A model generated the notes under the pieces. The model was not told the DNA's origin and did not search any database. It was given only the letters and a program-made list of their open reading frames with translations. A DNA stretch of 64,000 nucleotides from Dipteris shenzhenensis (taxonomy: Eukaryota). Numbering within the stretch: the stretch's first letter is position 1; each line of letters starts with the position of its first letter. Below are positions 37,088 to 49,273 of this stretch, piece after piece. Position numbers and translations under genes: made by a program. The stretch lies in assembly GCA_047967505.1 (NCBI GenBank), contig CM106538.1; one strand, written 5' to 3'.

Positions 37088-39500
37088 ATGGTACAGGGGC
37101 TGGGACATCATTTGTGATACAGGGGGTGGGACATCATACAATGATGTGGCATATTTGTGCGGGATAGTTGGGTCCTGGATGGGGATGTGTGGCTTCCCCT
37201 CTGAGGGAAGCGCCCATGCAGTATTGGAGTCTCCTCCTCGAGAAGAACGAATCACATCATCTAGCCTATGTGAGAGGAAAGCCAATCTCTTACGGTGTGA
37301 GACCCGCTATGCCTCAAACGTCTCTCAAATGCTTGCTCGTATATGAGGTGAGATTTCATCTCTCGGCACTCAGCGTCAAACCATGGGTTCTGGGGCATCT
37401 TCCCAGCTGAGGGGTGTGCTGTAGATTGAGACGTGCATGGGAATGTTTGGTGGCAACATTTTGAACCAGTGACATGTCTCGATCTGTATGGGTAGCTTGC
37501 ACGTGCCCCATGACTCAACCTCGACCTTAGCTTACCACATCGCTAGCACATTGCAGTTTTTCCCTATCCGTCTATAGTTGCTCATGTGTCAAGCACCTCT
37601 TCACCATTGCACCTGCAACATCATGCTCCCCTTTCCCATGACGCCAGCCAAAGAAATTCCAAGTCATTTGCAGGTCTGTAAGGGCGTAGTATTGAGAAAC
37701 AAAGCATCAAGGGCATGGTCAAAATGTATCTGAATACGCGTGGGGGTAGGAGAATTATGCATTGTGTCCTGGCGTAGTAGTGGAGATATTGAATGCTAAG
37801 TAGGAATGGTCAGCGCTGAGTGAGGGCCGGGGGGTGCAAAGTCATGTACCTACGACACAAAGGCTGAGGAACCTATCAAGTAGTCCACTATACTAGTCCC
37901 CCCACCATGCGGGAATGAAGTGAGCCCTCTAGATAACAGCCATTATATTATCATGTCATATACTGCTCCCATCTTCAATAGATGTTGTCCCATACCTTGT
38001 CACACGTGGTGCATCCTCTTGCCTCACTACCCCAAGCTTGTCTCTGGTACTTAGGGGAGGTCCAATAGAAAGTCTTGTAGGCCCACCTGTCTGCTTCCCA
38101 CAAGCTCATTGGAGTCCCCTAGGAGGAGAATCTCCCCTTGTCTAGAGAACTCTATGATATCATCGTGTATTGTCTTGTAGGGGTGTTTCCCTTTGTGGTG
38201 ACCTCATGCGCATAGGAGGATGTATGAGAGGAAAGTAGCATATTGTAATGGAAATCGGCTGTGCGGTCGTATCAAGTGACCGATCGTATCCACATGTGTC
38301 GTGCGTGCTCCTTCCACATCACAGATCAAGTGTGACCTGAAGAGAACTGCTATGCCCCCAGAGCTTTGTATTCCTCTCTCTCTCTCTCTCATCTCTTTCT
38401 GTGAGTCACTCCCATCTGTGTCCTATCACTGTGGGATAGCCCTCTCGCTTGACTGTCATTACAGTTCCTCACAGCCATGTTCAATCTGTTTTGTATCTGC
38501 ATCCCTTAGGTTCGACACTGTCATGTGTTGTCTGCATCCCTCTCTCCTTTTCTCCTTTTCTTGAATAATCACCTCACCACCTTTGCATGCAGCTGACTGC
38601 CCTTCTTGTCTTGCTGCCATCACTCGGATCATTCCCTCCCTTCTATGCTCTTGCTGCAGGAGAGCGAGGTCATCAACTAAGTATGTCCTGGTCTCCTTCG
38701 GTGTTGAAAGTGGATCTGGCCACTGCAGTCTGGAATCTTAGCACCATTGGCATTGTTGGTGCATCGATCTCCAAGCTGCCTCAAAAGCGAGATTAATACC
38801 CATCTTGGTAATTAATGCTTCAGCATCGGCCTCAGCAATGCCACATTTTTGGCTTACTGTCAATTTTCTCAATCAAAACTAAACAGATTTTGTTAAGGTG
38901 AAAAAGGGCCTCGAATGTAGCCTGAGATGGTGTCCCTGCCATGTAGGGGGTCATAGCATTTTCAAGGGCCTGCTTCCCTTCTACGCTGGCTTGTGTTGGC
39001 GTAGTTGACACACCGCCTTGGGCACACAGTCTTGCACTTCCCTGCTACTTGAAAAGCCCTTGAAATGCAGTTTTCCCTTTACATGGCAGATTGTTTTGTT
39101 TCTAGATTGTGTCCTTACATGTTGTGTGACTTGTTGTTGCAGTCAAAGCTGTCCTCTGTCAGAGAGTTACCTTCCGGTTTTCAGCAAGGCTACCCCCCAC
39201 CCAGACTGGTAACAGCACAGCAGCAGCTGTACAACAGCAATTGCACCAGCCCAGCACAGCAGCTCAGCAGCTACAGCAGCAGGCTATCGTGAGCACCAAC
39301 AGCAGCAAGAAGTCATGACAGTGTGGGGGAGTATTGGGAGCAGGTGGGGATGCTGAAGGGGCAGAGGCAGGGTCACAAAAGGAATTAGGAGGCTTAGTGG
39401 CAGGCACAGATAGGTGCAGGTAGGGGGGCAGTGCTGTGAGGATAGGAGGTTGATTAAAGAGGGCTAGGACAGTGCCGCGAGGGTGGCTTGGGTCAGGCGG
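37088..39500 (-). mobile_element. Degenerate LINE, 5' part (ORF1 remnant, endonuclease, linker)
   Basis: GGIAVLFR, ILLLGDSN and PQNPWFDAECREMK motifs; joins 24232 across TSD ATCAG; 5' boundary approximate. Confidence 0.75.
37530..37715 (-). pseudogene. Short DNA-transposase fragment embedded in the LINE
   Basis: Translates QMTWNFFGWRHGKGEHDVAGAMVKRCLTHEQL, an HGKGxxDxxGxxVKR motif seen in DDE transposases (superfamily not assigned). Confidence 0.6.
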
Positions 39501-39949
39501 GTGGGCTGAGGGGCCTAGGGACTGTTTGCAACGGGTCTGGAAGGGGCTAGGATTGAGAGATATGGCATGATATTATTAATGTCTGTTGGAGACCCAACAG
39601 GATCTGTAGCACAAAGGTGTGTGAGAGAGAGAAGATATGATATTATATTATTAATGTTCATTGGAGACCCAAAGGATCTATAGGAAAGAGATGAAAAATT
39701 TACAGCTTGCAACTCTAAAAAATAGCTGTCAAAAAACAATAGTTCATGTGCTTGCGTCCTTGGGCATGCTTGCGAGCGCGTGTGCCGGGTCCAAGCCTTA
39801 ACTCCAATGTCCAAATACCTCCTTGATGTAAGCTCCTATCCTCTTCGATGGCTGGTCGAACAGGATGTGCAAGTTTGTGTGTGAACATCTTTATTTCATA
39901 TTCTCCCTGATGTGCTGTTAAGCTCGACAGGTGAGGAGTGTGTGACATT

Positions 39950-40520
39950 TGTCCTCTACAATCATTGATGGGAATAGGCTGCAAACCCGATCCTCTCATG
40001 GCACATTTTTTAATCTACGAGTCTCAGCCTTGGAGTTTGTATATTAGTTTCCTTTCCAAGAGAGACATGTTCTCATTGAGAGAATCTCCCCCATTGGGCA
40101 GCATTGGCTTGATTTCACTTTTGTAGAAGGCCATCTTCTCTTTGGGTCCTGCCAGAGTTTTTTATTTGTTTTTCAAAGAAGGGTCCTGCCATAGTTTTCC
40201 TATGATTTTTTCAGCTACCAGTTCTCTGATTTCAATGTCTGTGTCCTGGAGTTCTGATGAATGTCTGTCAGGGAGTTCTGATGCATCAATTGCCCAAATT
40301 CTAGCCACTCTATTCCTGTTTTGTACCAGCCCTTGTCTTTGGTTGCTTCCATTGCTTTCCGGGGCAGCTTGTCCTTGTGCATTTTGGCTACTGTATTGAG
40401 ATATCTATGTGTTGGCATCGGGCTTCCCCTTCTCGTTCCAGCTAGGAAGATGGGGTAGGGAGTTTGAACCTTGATTCCCAGCTCTTCAATTAGAAGCGTT
40501 TTTGGCACTCTCTCCACACT
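39950..40520 (-). mobile_element. LINE ORF2 C-terminal remnant
   Basis: VPKTLLIEELG...RYLNTVAKMHKDKLPRKAM...GWY, typical post-RT region. Confidence 0.55.
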
Positions 40521-40796
40521 CTTCCTTAAGCCGCTGGCGAGCCATGGAGCCCAGGCCTGACATCGTGTGCACTGAAAAGTGCCTCCATTCTCCCCAGGAT
40601 CCTTCTCTCCATGCGCATTCCACTTGCAGTTGCGAAATCAATCTCAAATGTCGTGCTCTGTGAACTCCATTTTACCTTTAAATGATCATTTTAATGCATT
40701 AAATGATGAGAGTGCCAGTGAGAATTGCATTATCAAACTGAGCACCGAGCCGGAAACAAGGAATTGTAAAGAAAAGAGTTGTTCTGTTTGTTTCAG

Positions 40797-40872
40797 GATT
40801 TGGAAAATCAAATCGGTTCTTCTGTATTTTCTGGGAGTAGCTCCTCTAAGGACATGAAAGATCCAGCACAAG
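40797..40872 (+). CDS. Soloist: Soloist coding exon 3 (DLENQIGSSVFSGSSSSKDMKDPAQ)
   Basis: TTTCAG| acceptor, AAG|GTAATT donor; Ser-rich GSSxxSGSSSSK segment as in Soloist proteins; phase 0 in, phase 1 out matches exon 4. Confidence 0.8.
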
Positions 40873-41530
40873 GTAATTTTCCTGCATTATTTGTGATTAA
40901 TTGTGCTGAAATTCGCATGTTGTTTTATAGTTTAACCTGCATTGTATTTTAAGCTTGTAACTTGAGCATGTTGTTTTCAAAAGCATCCATGACTATAAAT
41001 TTAATACTTAACTTTGCTGAAGTTTAGACCTGTCTAGCAAACACCCAACATATTCATTTCTTGCAAATATGGCCTTCTGGCAGGAAAGCAGGATGTGTTA
41101 ATAATATCAATGTGATTGCTGTGATATTATATATATATCTAAATTTCTGCAGGAATTCCTTAGCAAAGAGAGTTGTGGAAGCTTACGATTATGGAATGCT
41201 ATTTTAGTCAATAGAAAAAGGATGATAGAAGTACATTGGTGCCGAATGCTCCTTTTCCAAACCGTCAAATATATGGAAGCAAAAGGCTTTGTGGAAAACA
41301 AGCTCTTTGGTTCCTTTGGTAGCTGACAACCTGATCATGGGATGTTGTACATGCTTTGCCTACCGACTTGTTGACACCCAAGTCATGTTTACGCCTCATG
41401 GGTTGCCTTAGGAAATTCTCAAGACTCAATCCCCAAATCTGTACACGATCCCACATTATCTGTAATGCCATATGTCGCACATATCTATCCTGACAGCATA
41501 ATCAGGTGAAATGTGCTTAGTTGGCTACAC

Positions 41531-43780
41531 TGTTAGAAATCAACCAACAGAGGGTACGCACAGCGGTGGACTGATAAAATAGCCCAAGAGCTTACACAGT
41601 GGTGGTGTGGGTGGAATCACAAACTTCCTTACTTCATGTGCTTCACATATATGTGCAGATCAGCAAATAAACAATGCTCAAAAGAGATATAAGACTAAAT
41701 AAATATTTCCGTCCAATGGACACAATACAACAGAGGGCCAAAGTCCTACCAAATCGTGGTCCTTTTTCCTCACCAAAAGATGCTGACTTACTATGTCCGA
41801 GACACTCCTACATCCCTGAGTCCGCGTGCTCCCTGATGAGCGTATGTAAATTTTAGTCTCCGTGTCTGATCCTCCGCACATTGCTGCCCTGAGTGTCAGC
41901 CTAGGTATGCTGCCCTTCTCCATGCTTTGTCTGCAGTACACAGCCAGCCTTGGTCCTCCTGGATGTAGGCCCTAAGTGTGCTGCTCCTCTGCTCCAAACT
42001 AGCTCCTTGAAGGCTGCCCTGGTGGATGATTAATGGGGCTGCAAATGCCCCCTTATATAGGTCTCCAGGCCCTGCCTTGCTGGCCGACTCCCTGCCCCAA
42101 AAAACCGACCCATGAGTGTCTACTGGCCAATCCAGCACTCTCCTCCATGGGTGCTCTATTTCCAGGCTCCTTTGAGCCGTGTAGCCGACCTGCTTGGCCG
42201 ACTTGTTCTCTGCCTCTCCATGGACCTGTGGGGCTCTATAAAGCTGGGCCTTTGGCCCTCCATTCCATGTAGGGGCCCAACTCCTTGGTCTGCTCCATCC
42301 CGGGCCTGGCGGGCTGGCTCCAACCAGCCCAACCAGCCCTACTTTCTGGCCGACCTTGCTGCTGTTCTCCCTGTGCTTGTTGCAGGCCATCAGCCTGCCT
42401 ACAATCCCCACCATGTAGGCACCTCTGCCTTGGGATAACTCCACCCTGTTTGCTGTGAGGTGCTGCCCATGTGGTAGCCCCCTCTCCACAGCATGCTATA
42501 AAGGCTCAAATCAATGACATCAAGTACATAGCAGAACATTGTCTTGCCTGTGTGCTTGCTCTGAAAGCAAACCATGGACCTCATTGAGGCAGATACCAAT
42601 TACCTGTGTAGTCTTGTAATGCGGCCTTCTGAATTACAGCATCCATCTGAACTTGAAACCCTAGGGCACTCCATGGAATCCACCCTCATGTTAGTATCAA
42701 CAGCTAGGCATTTGGAAAAGTCCAAGCACTCGTTGCTGTCCTTCACCTTCACAGAGGTCTCTGACTCCCCGTCCATCCACATCTCAATATCATACATTTT
42801 CACTGTGACTTCTAGGTCTGCATATCTGACCTCAGTAATACATGGAGATGTCACCAAGAACAGTTCTCCGACTACCACATTAGCCAAAGCTTTTGTCTCA
42901 TCATAGGAATCTGAGTCAGACTCCTTGTTCTTTTGATCCGCCTTCTTCTTTATGCAATCCTTTGCAAAATGGCCTGACTGATCGCAATAGAAGAATGTGT
43001 TTTCTGCTTCCTCTTCTTTTTGGAAGTGTCATGTTCGTCTCCAGAATCTCTTGGGCTTACCACCTGCTAGGCTTGCCCTGCTCCTTTGCCGGATTTGTCC
43101 TTTTCTAGCAATGCCTTGTCGTCGTTGTCTTTGTTATCGAGCTTCTCGTGAGCCTCTTCCTGTAGCAATAAGGGACCCAACTCCTCAAAGGTTAGAGGTT
43201 TGGTCCTTTTTCCTACTGTCATAGTCGTAACAAAGCTCTTGACACTCCGCGGTAGCATCTGAAGTACCATTAAGGTCAACTGGCTTGAGTATACCTAGTT
43301 GATCTCTCACCACCTTGACTTTCGTCAAGTGGTCATGAACTGAATCTCCCTCATCCATATCCATGTTTTGGATTTGATGTTGAAGTCTCAAGATCCGAGA
43401 TGTATAGATATATCTGTCTCATGCAGATCCTTTAAAATGGCCCACACCTCTACTGATGTGTCAGTTATCTAGATATGAGGACTTTGCCTCCATTCCTGTT
43501 GTCATTTTCCACAATTTTCGAGCCACTAAATGACTCCGGATCTTCACCTTCCAGATAGGATAATCGGTCCCATCCAGTTTCTCTGACTCGCCAAAGGAAT
43601 TCAACTTGAGGAGGAGGAAGGAAGAGCATCTCTCTTGAGCATCTTCTATTTGCTTATGTGAAGCACATGAAATAAGAAAGTTTGCGATTCACACCACCAC
43701 TATGTGAGCTCCTGGGCTATTCTATCAATCTTCCGCTGTGTGTACCCTTTGTTGGTTGATTTCTAACATGGTATAAGAGC
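41531..43780 (-). mobile_element. Rearranged copia-like remnant (LTR, decayed gag, inverted LTR end plus PBS)
   Basis: KLDGTDYPIWK, MDEGDSVHDHL and CDQSGHFAKDC on the minus strand; 41531-~41660 is an inverted copy of ~43645-43768, which is followed by PBS TGGTATAAGAGC on the plus strand. Confidence 0.75.
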
Positions 43781-46570
43781 TCAAGTAGGAGGGTGGGAGC
43801 TTGATGGCAGGGACCTTGCTGAAGGATGACCTTGATTCAAGGCTTTAAGGAATTGACTTCCACGACTGGAGGATTGTACCCTTGCGAGAAGGAGGGTGAC
43901 TTAGGTTGAGTTAGGTGTGTAAAGAGTTCTTGTCTGTAGATGGTGGTGTGAGTTTTCGATTTTGCTATGTGGTATAGCAACAGAGATGTCGATTTTAGAA
44001 GCAGAAGCCTCTTCAGCCACTGGGAGGTGACCTTTCTAACATACACTCCATGTAATATGTTTCCAATGCCCTGTACTCATCCTCCGTTTGTGTTTTGTGA
44101 CACTAGGCAGCACTTAAAGAATGAAACTAGCATGTTTGGCATTGGTAAATGGTCAATGATGTAATACAATTTCGCTTTTGATTGTCATCATCTTTGTGCC
44201 CCAGTTGTGTATCACCTTAGCTCTTGAGCTAGGGTCTTTAAACTAAAAAGGATGTCATGTGCACTCTATCTTGCAGTTATTGGCTCTGCACAAGTTTCAA
44301 GGCCTTTCTTTGATGAGATGCCATTTGAGCAAACAATAAACAAGACTAGTGATAGGAAGGTGATCGTTTGGAAATCAAAGTAGAAAAATTGAGAGATTGA
44401 CACCAATTAACCTTGATGCCATGGTTGATCGAAGTGCACACCTTAGCAAAGGGTGTTGTTTGAAGCATTCAAGGTATTTTGGAATGGTTATACCGTAGGA
44501 AGCATCCTTTTGGGACGTTAAAAAAATTCTCTAAAGCCTTACCTGATGCCACTAGGACCCTCCTCTCTTAGCAGCGTCACCTTACTAAAAAGGCCGAGAA
44601 CTACTTCCCCATCCCCATCCCCATCCCCATCCCCAATCCCATCCCCATCCCCATATTCACACAGATCCACATTCGCATTACAAACGCATGGTGGTCTACG
44701 TCGCTTGCGTAGGAAAGGTGGCATGCATTAATCACAGATCTAGCTTGAAGAAAAAGGTGCATGCAAGCGGCTGAGATAGAGATAAGGAAAATATTGATCT
44801 TATGCTGTCTCTCTTTCAATATCTTGAATATACTTCAAGGACAGTAAGTTGTTGCTATAGTTAGCCGGACTAAAGGGGCCATGCGTATTACAAGGCTTGA
44901 TAATGAGATCGCATACATAAATAAATATCCCCAAAGGTTGGAAGAAATTCAGGTGCACCATCTGATGGATGTCAGATGCTAGAAGACGAGTTCTGTCAAT
45001 ATCCTTGTCTTCTCTTATCTTGGCACACGCTGGTTGCATGCCATCTTGCAGGACAGGTTGGTAGAAAGACCACTAGCTAGTTCATCTACCGTCACATTTG
45101 ACAAGTGATTATAGACGTAAGCATGATATGTAACATGATCAGTTGAGGTTTTTCATTTATCATTAATGAATCATTTTCTATGGAGTCTTGATTATTCTTG
45201 GCACTTCAAGTTGCCATTTACTCTAATGTATCATGAATTGTAGGTGGGACTAGAAAAGGTTGTGTCATGAGAACATGAAATTATGGGACTTTTGATTTGC
45301 GACTCCCGTAATTTGCGCGTGACTGCCTTGAGCCTCTGGGGCGAGACTTGGGGAATTAAAATTCCCTAGTGGGCCCTTGGAAATAGTGAATGTGCGCCCA
45401 ATTACTAGGCAATTAATTCCTAGGGCCAAAGTGTGCAACAAGGGGGCCAAAAGAGTGGTACAATTACAAATTGCTAATTTTAGCACAGGACTCCAAAAAG
45501 AGCCCAGATCTCTTCTTTTGGATTGCGATTTGTTTCCATGTGTTTCCAGGCTTTCCAGGCTGCTACAGGAGATTGCAATTTGCTCCCAGGTTGTCCAGGC
45601 TCTTCAGGGAAACTTGCGATTTGATTTTTGGAGACTTCCGGGTGTTACTGCTGCTTTTGGTAACTTTCCAGGCGTGGATGTTCACTTCTAAGCTGCTCTT
45701 GGGGCTGTGCCAAAGCAAAATCAGCTTTTCTCTGCAAGATCTAGGGTTTTTCAGCCCCGGTGACCTTTCTTTTGTGGATACTAGGTAGAAGAAGGCTTGT
45801 CTTTGCCTGCTTTTGTCGTTCCCTGATTGGTTGCTAGCTGGTTATTACGTTTGGGTTTCTTTCCTCGCGAAGAAAGGTTGATTTATCATTAGTAGGGGAG
45901 AATTGGGAGGGGGAGGAGAAGAAAGTAAGGAGGGGGAGGGAAGGAGAGGGGAGGGGGAGGAGGGAGGGAGGGAGGGGGAGGAGGAGTGAGGAGGGGGAGT
46001 GAGGGAGGGAGGAGGGGGAGGGAGGGAGGGAGGAGAGAGAAGGGAGGGAATTCAAAATTCGAATTTTTGAATTTTGAAATTTTTAGTTTCCACCTAGAAG
46101 TAAGAGTTGTGTAAGAGGTGGGGTCACTCGTGGGCTTAACCCACCTAGGTGAGGGGGGGTTAGGACTTTTTGGGACCTACCTTGGCCCTTTCATTAGGAC
46201 TAATCCATTTCTTAATCCATTCCTTATGAGGCCCTTTTGACTCCTCTCCCTCTCTCCCTCCCTTCTCCATGCCTGCTCCTTCAGCCCTCCCCCTTCCTCC
46301 CTCCCCCACGCTTGCTCCTCCTGCCCTTCCCCTCCCTCCTCCACTGCTGCTTGTCCTCCCCCCTCCCTCTTGCTCCTTCCTCCTCCCTCCCTCCTCCTCC
46401 ACGCCTACTCCTCCTCACCCTCCACACCTGCTGGTCTGCCCCCCTTTCCTCCTCTTCAACTACTGGTCCTCCCTCCGCCATCTCTCCTCCTCTTCGTCCT
46501 CCCTCTTCCTACGTGTTGGTCCTTCAAGCCTGCATCTCCACACCTTCTCCTTCTCTACACTCCTTTAGTC

Positions 46571-48822
46571 ATGGCACCATTCGAGGACGTCTCTACTAAG
46601 TACCAGGTTCACTTAGAGTTAGAGGCTGAATATGCAAGCACACGTAGTCTAGGATTGAGGGGAGCTTCCAAAATCCACAGTCTTCGTTCGCAAGGAAAGA
46701 AGCATCTTGACCTTTGGGTAGAAGGATCCTTGTATCCTTTAGATCCTGCTAACCAAAAGAGCCCTCCTTTCCATATAATGCATGAGCTAGTTCGGTTTAT
46801 TGGAAATGGACATGCGGGGTTACTTGGTTATTGCAATCGGTTAAACAATGCTCAGTCAATGGCTATGCAAGCAAGCGAGATGCGCAGAGCCCAAGCAGAG
46901 ATGCTAGCATATTTAGGAAATAGCACCATTATTGCAATGCATAACTCTATGCAGGATCTTCAAAGGGAGAACCAGGATCTTCATGATAAAGCCAAAGCAT
47001 TGGACTTGGAGCGAAATGCATTGGACTTGGAGCGACATAAATTAGAAGAGTCACTCTGTAAGCTAGCTGAGTCCAAAAAAGGCTTGGAAAGATCTATATA
47101 CAATCAAGTAGGACGAGCCGTAGAGAAGGAACGAGAGAAGGCAGAAGAACGAGTGCAAAAGATGAAAGAAACACCTTTGGGATTGAAGGAGAGAAAAAGA
47201 AGGTACTTACATAACATGGATGCATTGGCACCCACTGGTGGTGCTAGAAAGAGGAGAGTCCGGGCTACAAGGTTGGTTATCAAATGTTCCAATGAGATTA
47301 CACTCTTTTGTGCTACACTGTTTGTGACTAAGTTTTTATTGTGTTCTTCTTTAGGAACTTCATGGAAGATGTGATGGGAAGAACGGACGGGGATGATATT
47401 GACTGTTCATATGCTCTAGCTAGTTTATTGAAGTCAAGCAATGTCATTGGGATACTAAGGGACCCAAGACACAAGCGCCTACGTGTGCAAGTTGCTGAGG
47501 AGGTGATGAAGGACTTCAAGGATATTGTGGATGCAAAGGAGATGCTTGCAGATTATGATACTGCCGGTGTAAGTCGTGAAGCTTACACATCTGTTTTCAA
47601 AAATTTCAAGTCTGCTATTTTGGGAAAGTATAAGAAGTCTACAGTGCCCGTTGTGATACAGGGGCAAATGCAATGAGCACATGCCTTTATTGCATGTATT
47701 CGCAACGTAAGAAAAAGGTTGGCTTATAATAGGAGAATGACATTCTATCTTGCAGCCAAACGCAAGCTCCGAATCACGACAAGAAGGATCCAAAGTGGAA
47801 TCCCATCTTGCCCATCCCACTTGAGAGAGTACACATATGTACTTTACAAGCAGAACTGCGTGTACTTGATAAGTTGTTGTATTTGCATCTTGTTTATGCT
47901 TGGAATTTAATTCCGGAAGAAGTATCCGCACGCTGCATTGTGGAAGATGAGAAGTTGTTGTCAGAGATGGGATTCCATGGAGGACATGTCAAACTTAAGG
48001 AGGATAAGAAAATGTCTGGGGCAACACAGAATCTTCCTGCAAAAGTATCCATGGGTGAAGGGAAGGCAAGGAGATTCCAATCGAACAACAATCTCGACAA
48101 AGACAAACATACATTGTCTCAAAGTAGTTTGGGTTGGGAATACTGGAAAGCATTGTGTGAATGCACGACCAATAAGGCTTCTCATCCTCAAGTAGCAACT
48201 TTGAGAGCTAAAGTATGGACAAAGGTAGATGCATTGATAAAATTGCTTCGCCAGGTTCAAATCGATGAGATGTATTATGAAAGGTTCAAGATGGTTGTGA
48301 AAGAGTTTATGCAATTAATGGTGAAAGCATGGGGGGAGTCGCACATTATGCATTACATGGTAATCTTGGCACCATTGTAATATTTAACACTTGCTTTATA
48401 AATAGTTTTTGTTGCTGATTTGATTCTCATCATGTTTGTAGCATATTCTCTATGCACACGGACCATGGTTTGTACAAAATTAGGATCCTTTGTCAATTTA
48501 GAATACACAAGGCATGCAGAAGTCGCACTATAGAGCCAAGGCAACCTACTTCAAGAACTCAAGGCATGGTGGTGGTATCGCTCGTAGCAATGCATTGCAT
48601 GAGATGTTCGACTGGTTTTTGAGATGTTTACTAGGAAGGACTTTGAAGTCTGAAAAGGCAAATGCATCAGAACTTGCAAAAGCAGTTCAAATTGTATCAA
48701 AGAATAGAAGGCATAGTGCTTGGAAAGCATCCATAGGGAGTCAAGGAGTCGCACGTTGTTTGCAAGCTAGAGTGAGAGAAGGGAGCAGATGGGTCCAACT
48801 ACCAACAGAAGCTATGATGTAA
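46571..48822 (+). pseudogene. RAG1/Transib/Chapaev-like DDE transposase, internally deleted (exons 46571-47271, 47355-48359, 48442-48822)
   Basis: Two GT-AG introns restore frame; CLYC at 47682-47693, ICTLQAELR, YMHILYAHGP and *NTQGMQKSH; AATAAA just after the stop. Confidence 0.7.
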
Positions 48823-49273
48823 TTGTATACAAATATTAAATAAATATATTGCTTATTCTACTCTTTAATATCTTGCTTATTTTGACTATAATTTTTGTAC
48901 TCACACGATGTTGGGGAAAGTGGGGACATGGTGAAGGAGGGGGGAGAGAAGGGAGGGGCGTGGGGCGGGGCAAGGGGAGGGGTGGAGTGGTAGCAAGGGT
49001 GGGGGGAGGGGGGGATGGGAGGTATGGGGGAGGGCAATGGGTGTAGGCGGGGCAAGTAGGGGGAGGGCCTCAGCCTTCCCCTCAACCTTAGCCTCAGCCT
49101 CAGCCTCAGCCTCGGCCTTCCCCTCCCCATGAGATCCCTCTCTCGATCGAACAAAATGTGTTCGATAACCTCTCGGATATAGAGAGGCTTCTTGAGGATC
49201 AATAGACTGCCAGGAAGAGCACCATCTTCGCTCTCTTGGAGATACAACCCATGGCAAAGATGACCCTGTGCCC

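Noticed and set aside
40579-40796. ORF 40579-40857 as Soloist exon 2
   Set aside because: No phase-0 GT donor joins it to exon 3; 4040-4170 fits both phases with strong splice sites
46160-46570. Pro/Gly/Leu-rich ORFs here and at 48849-49314 and 52058-52753
   Set aside because: Artefacts of low-complexity G/A and C/T tracts
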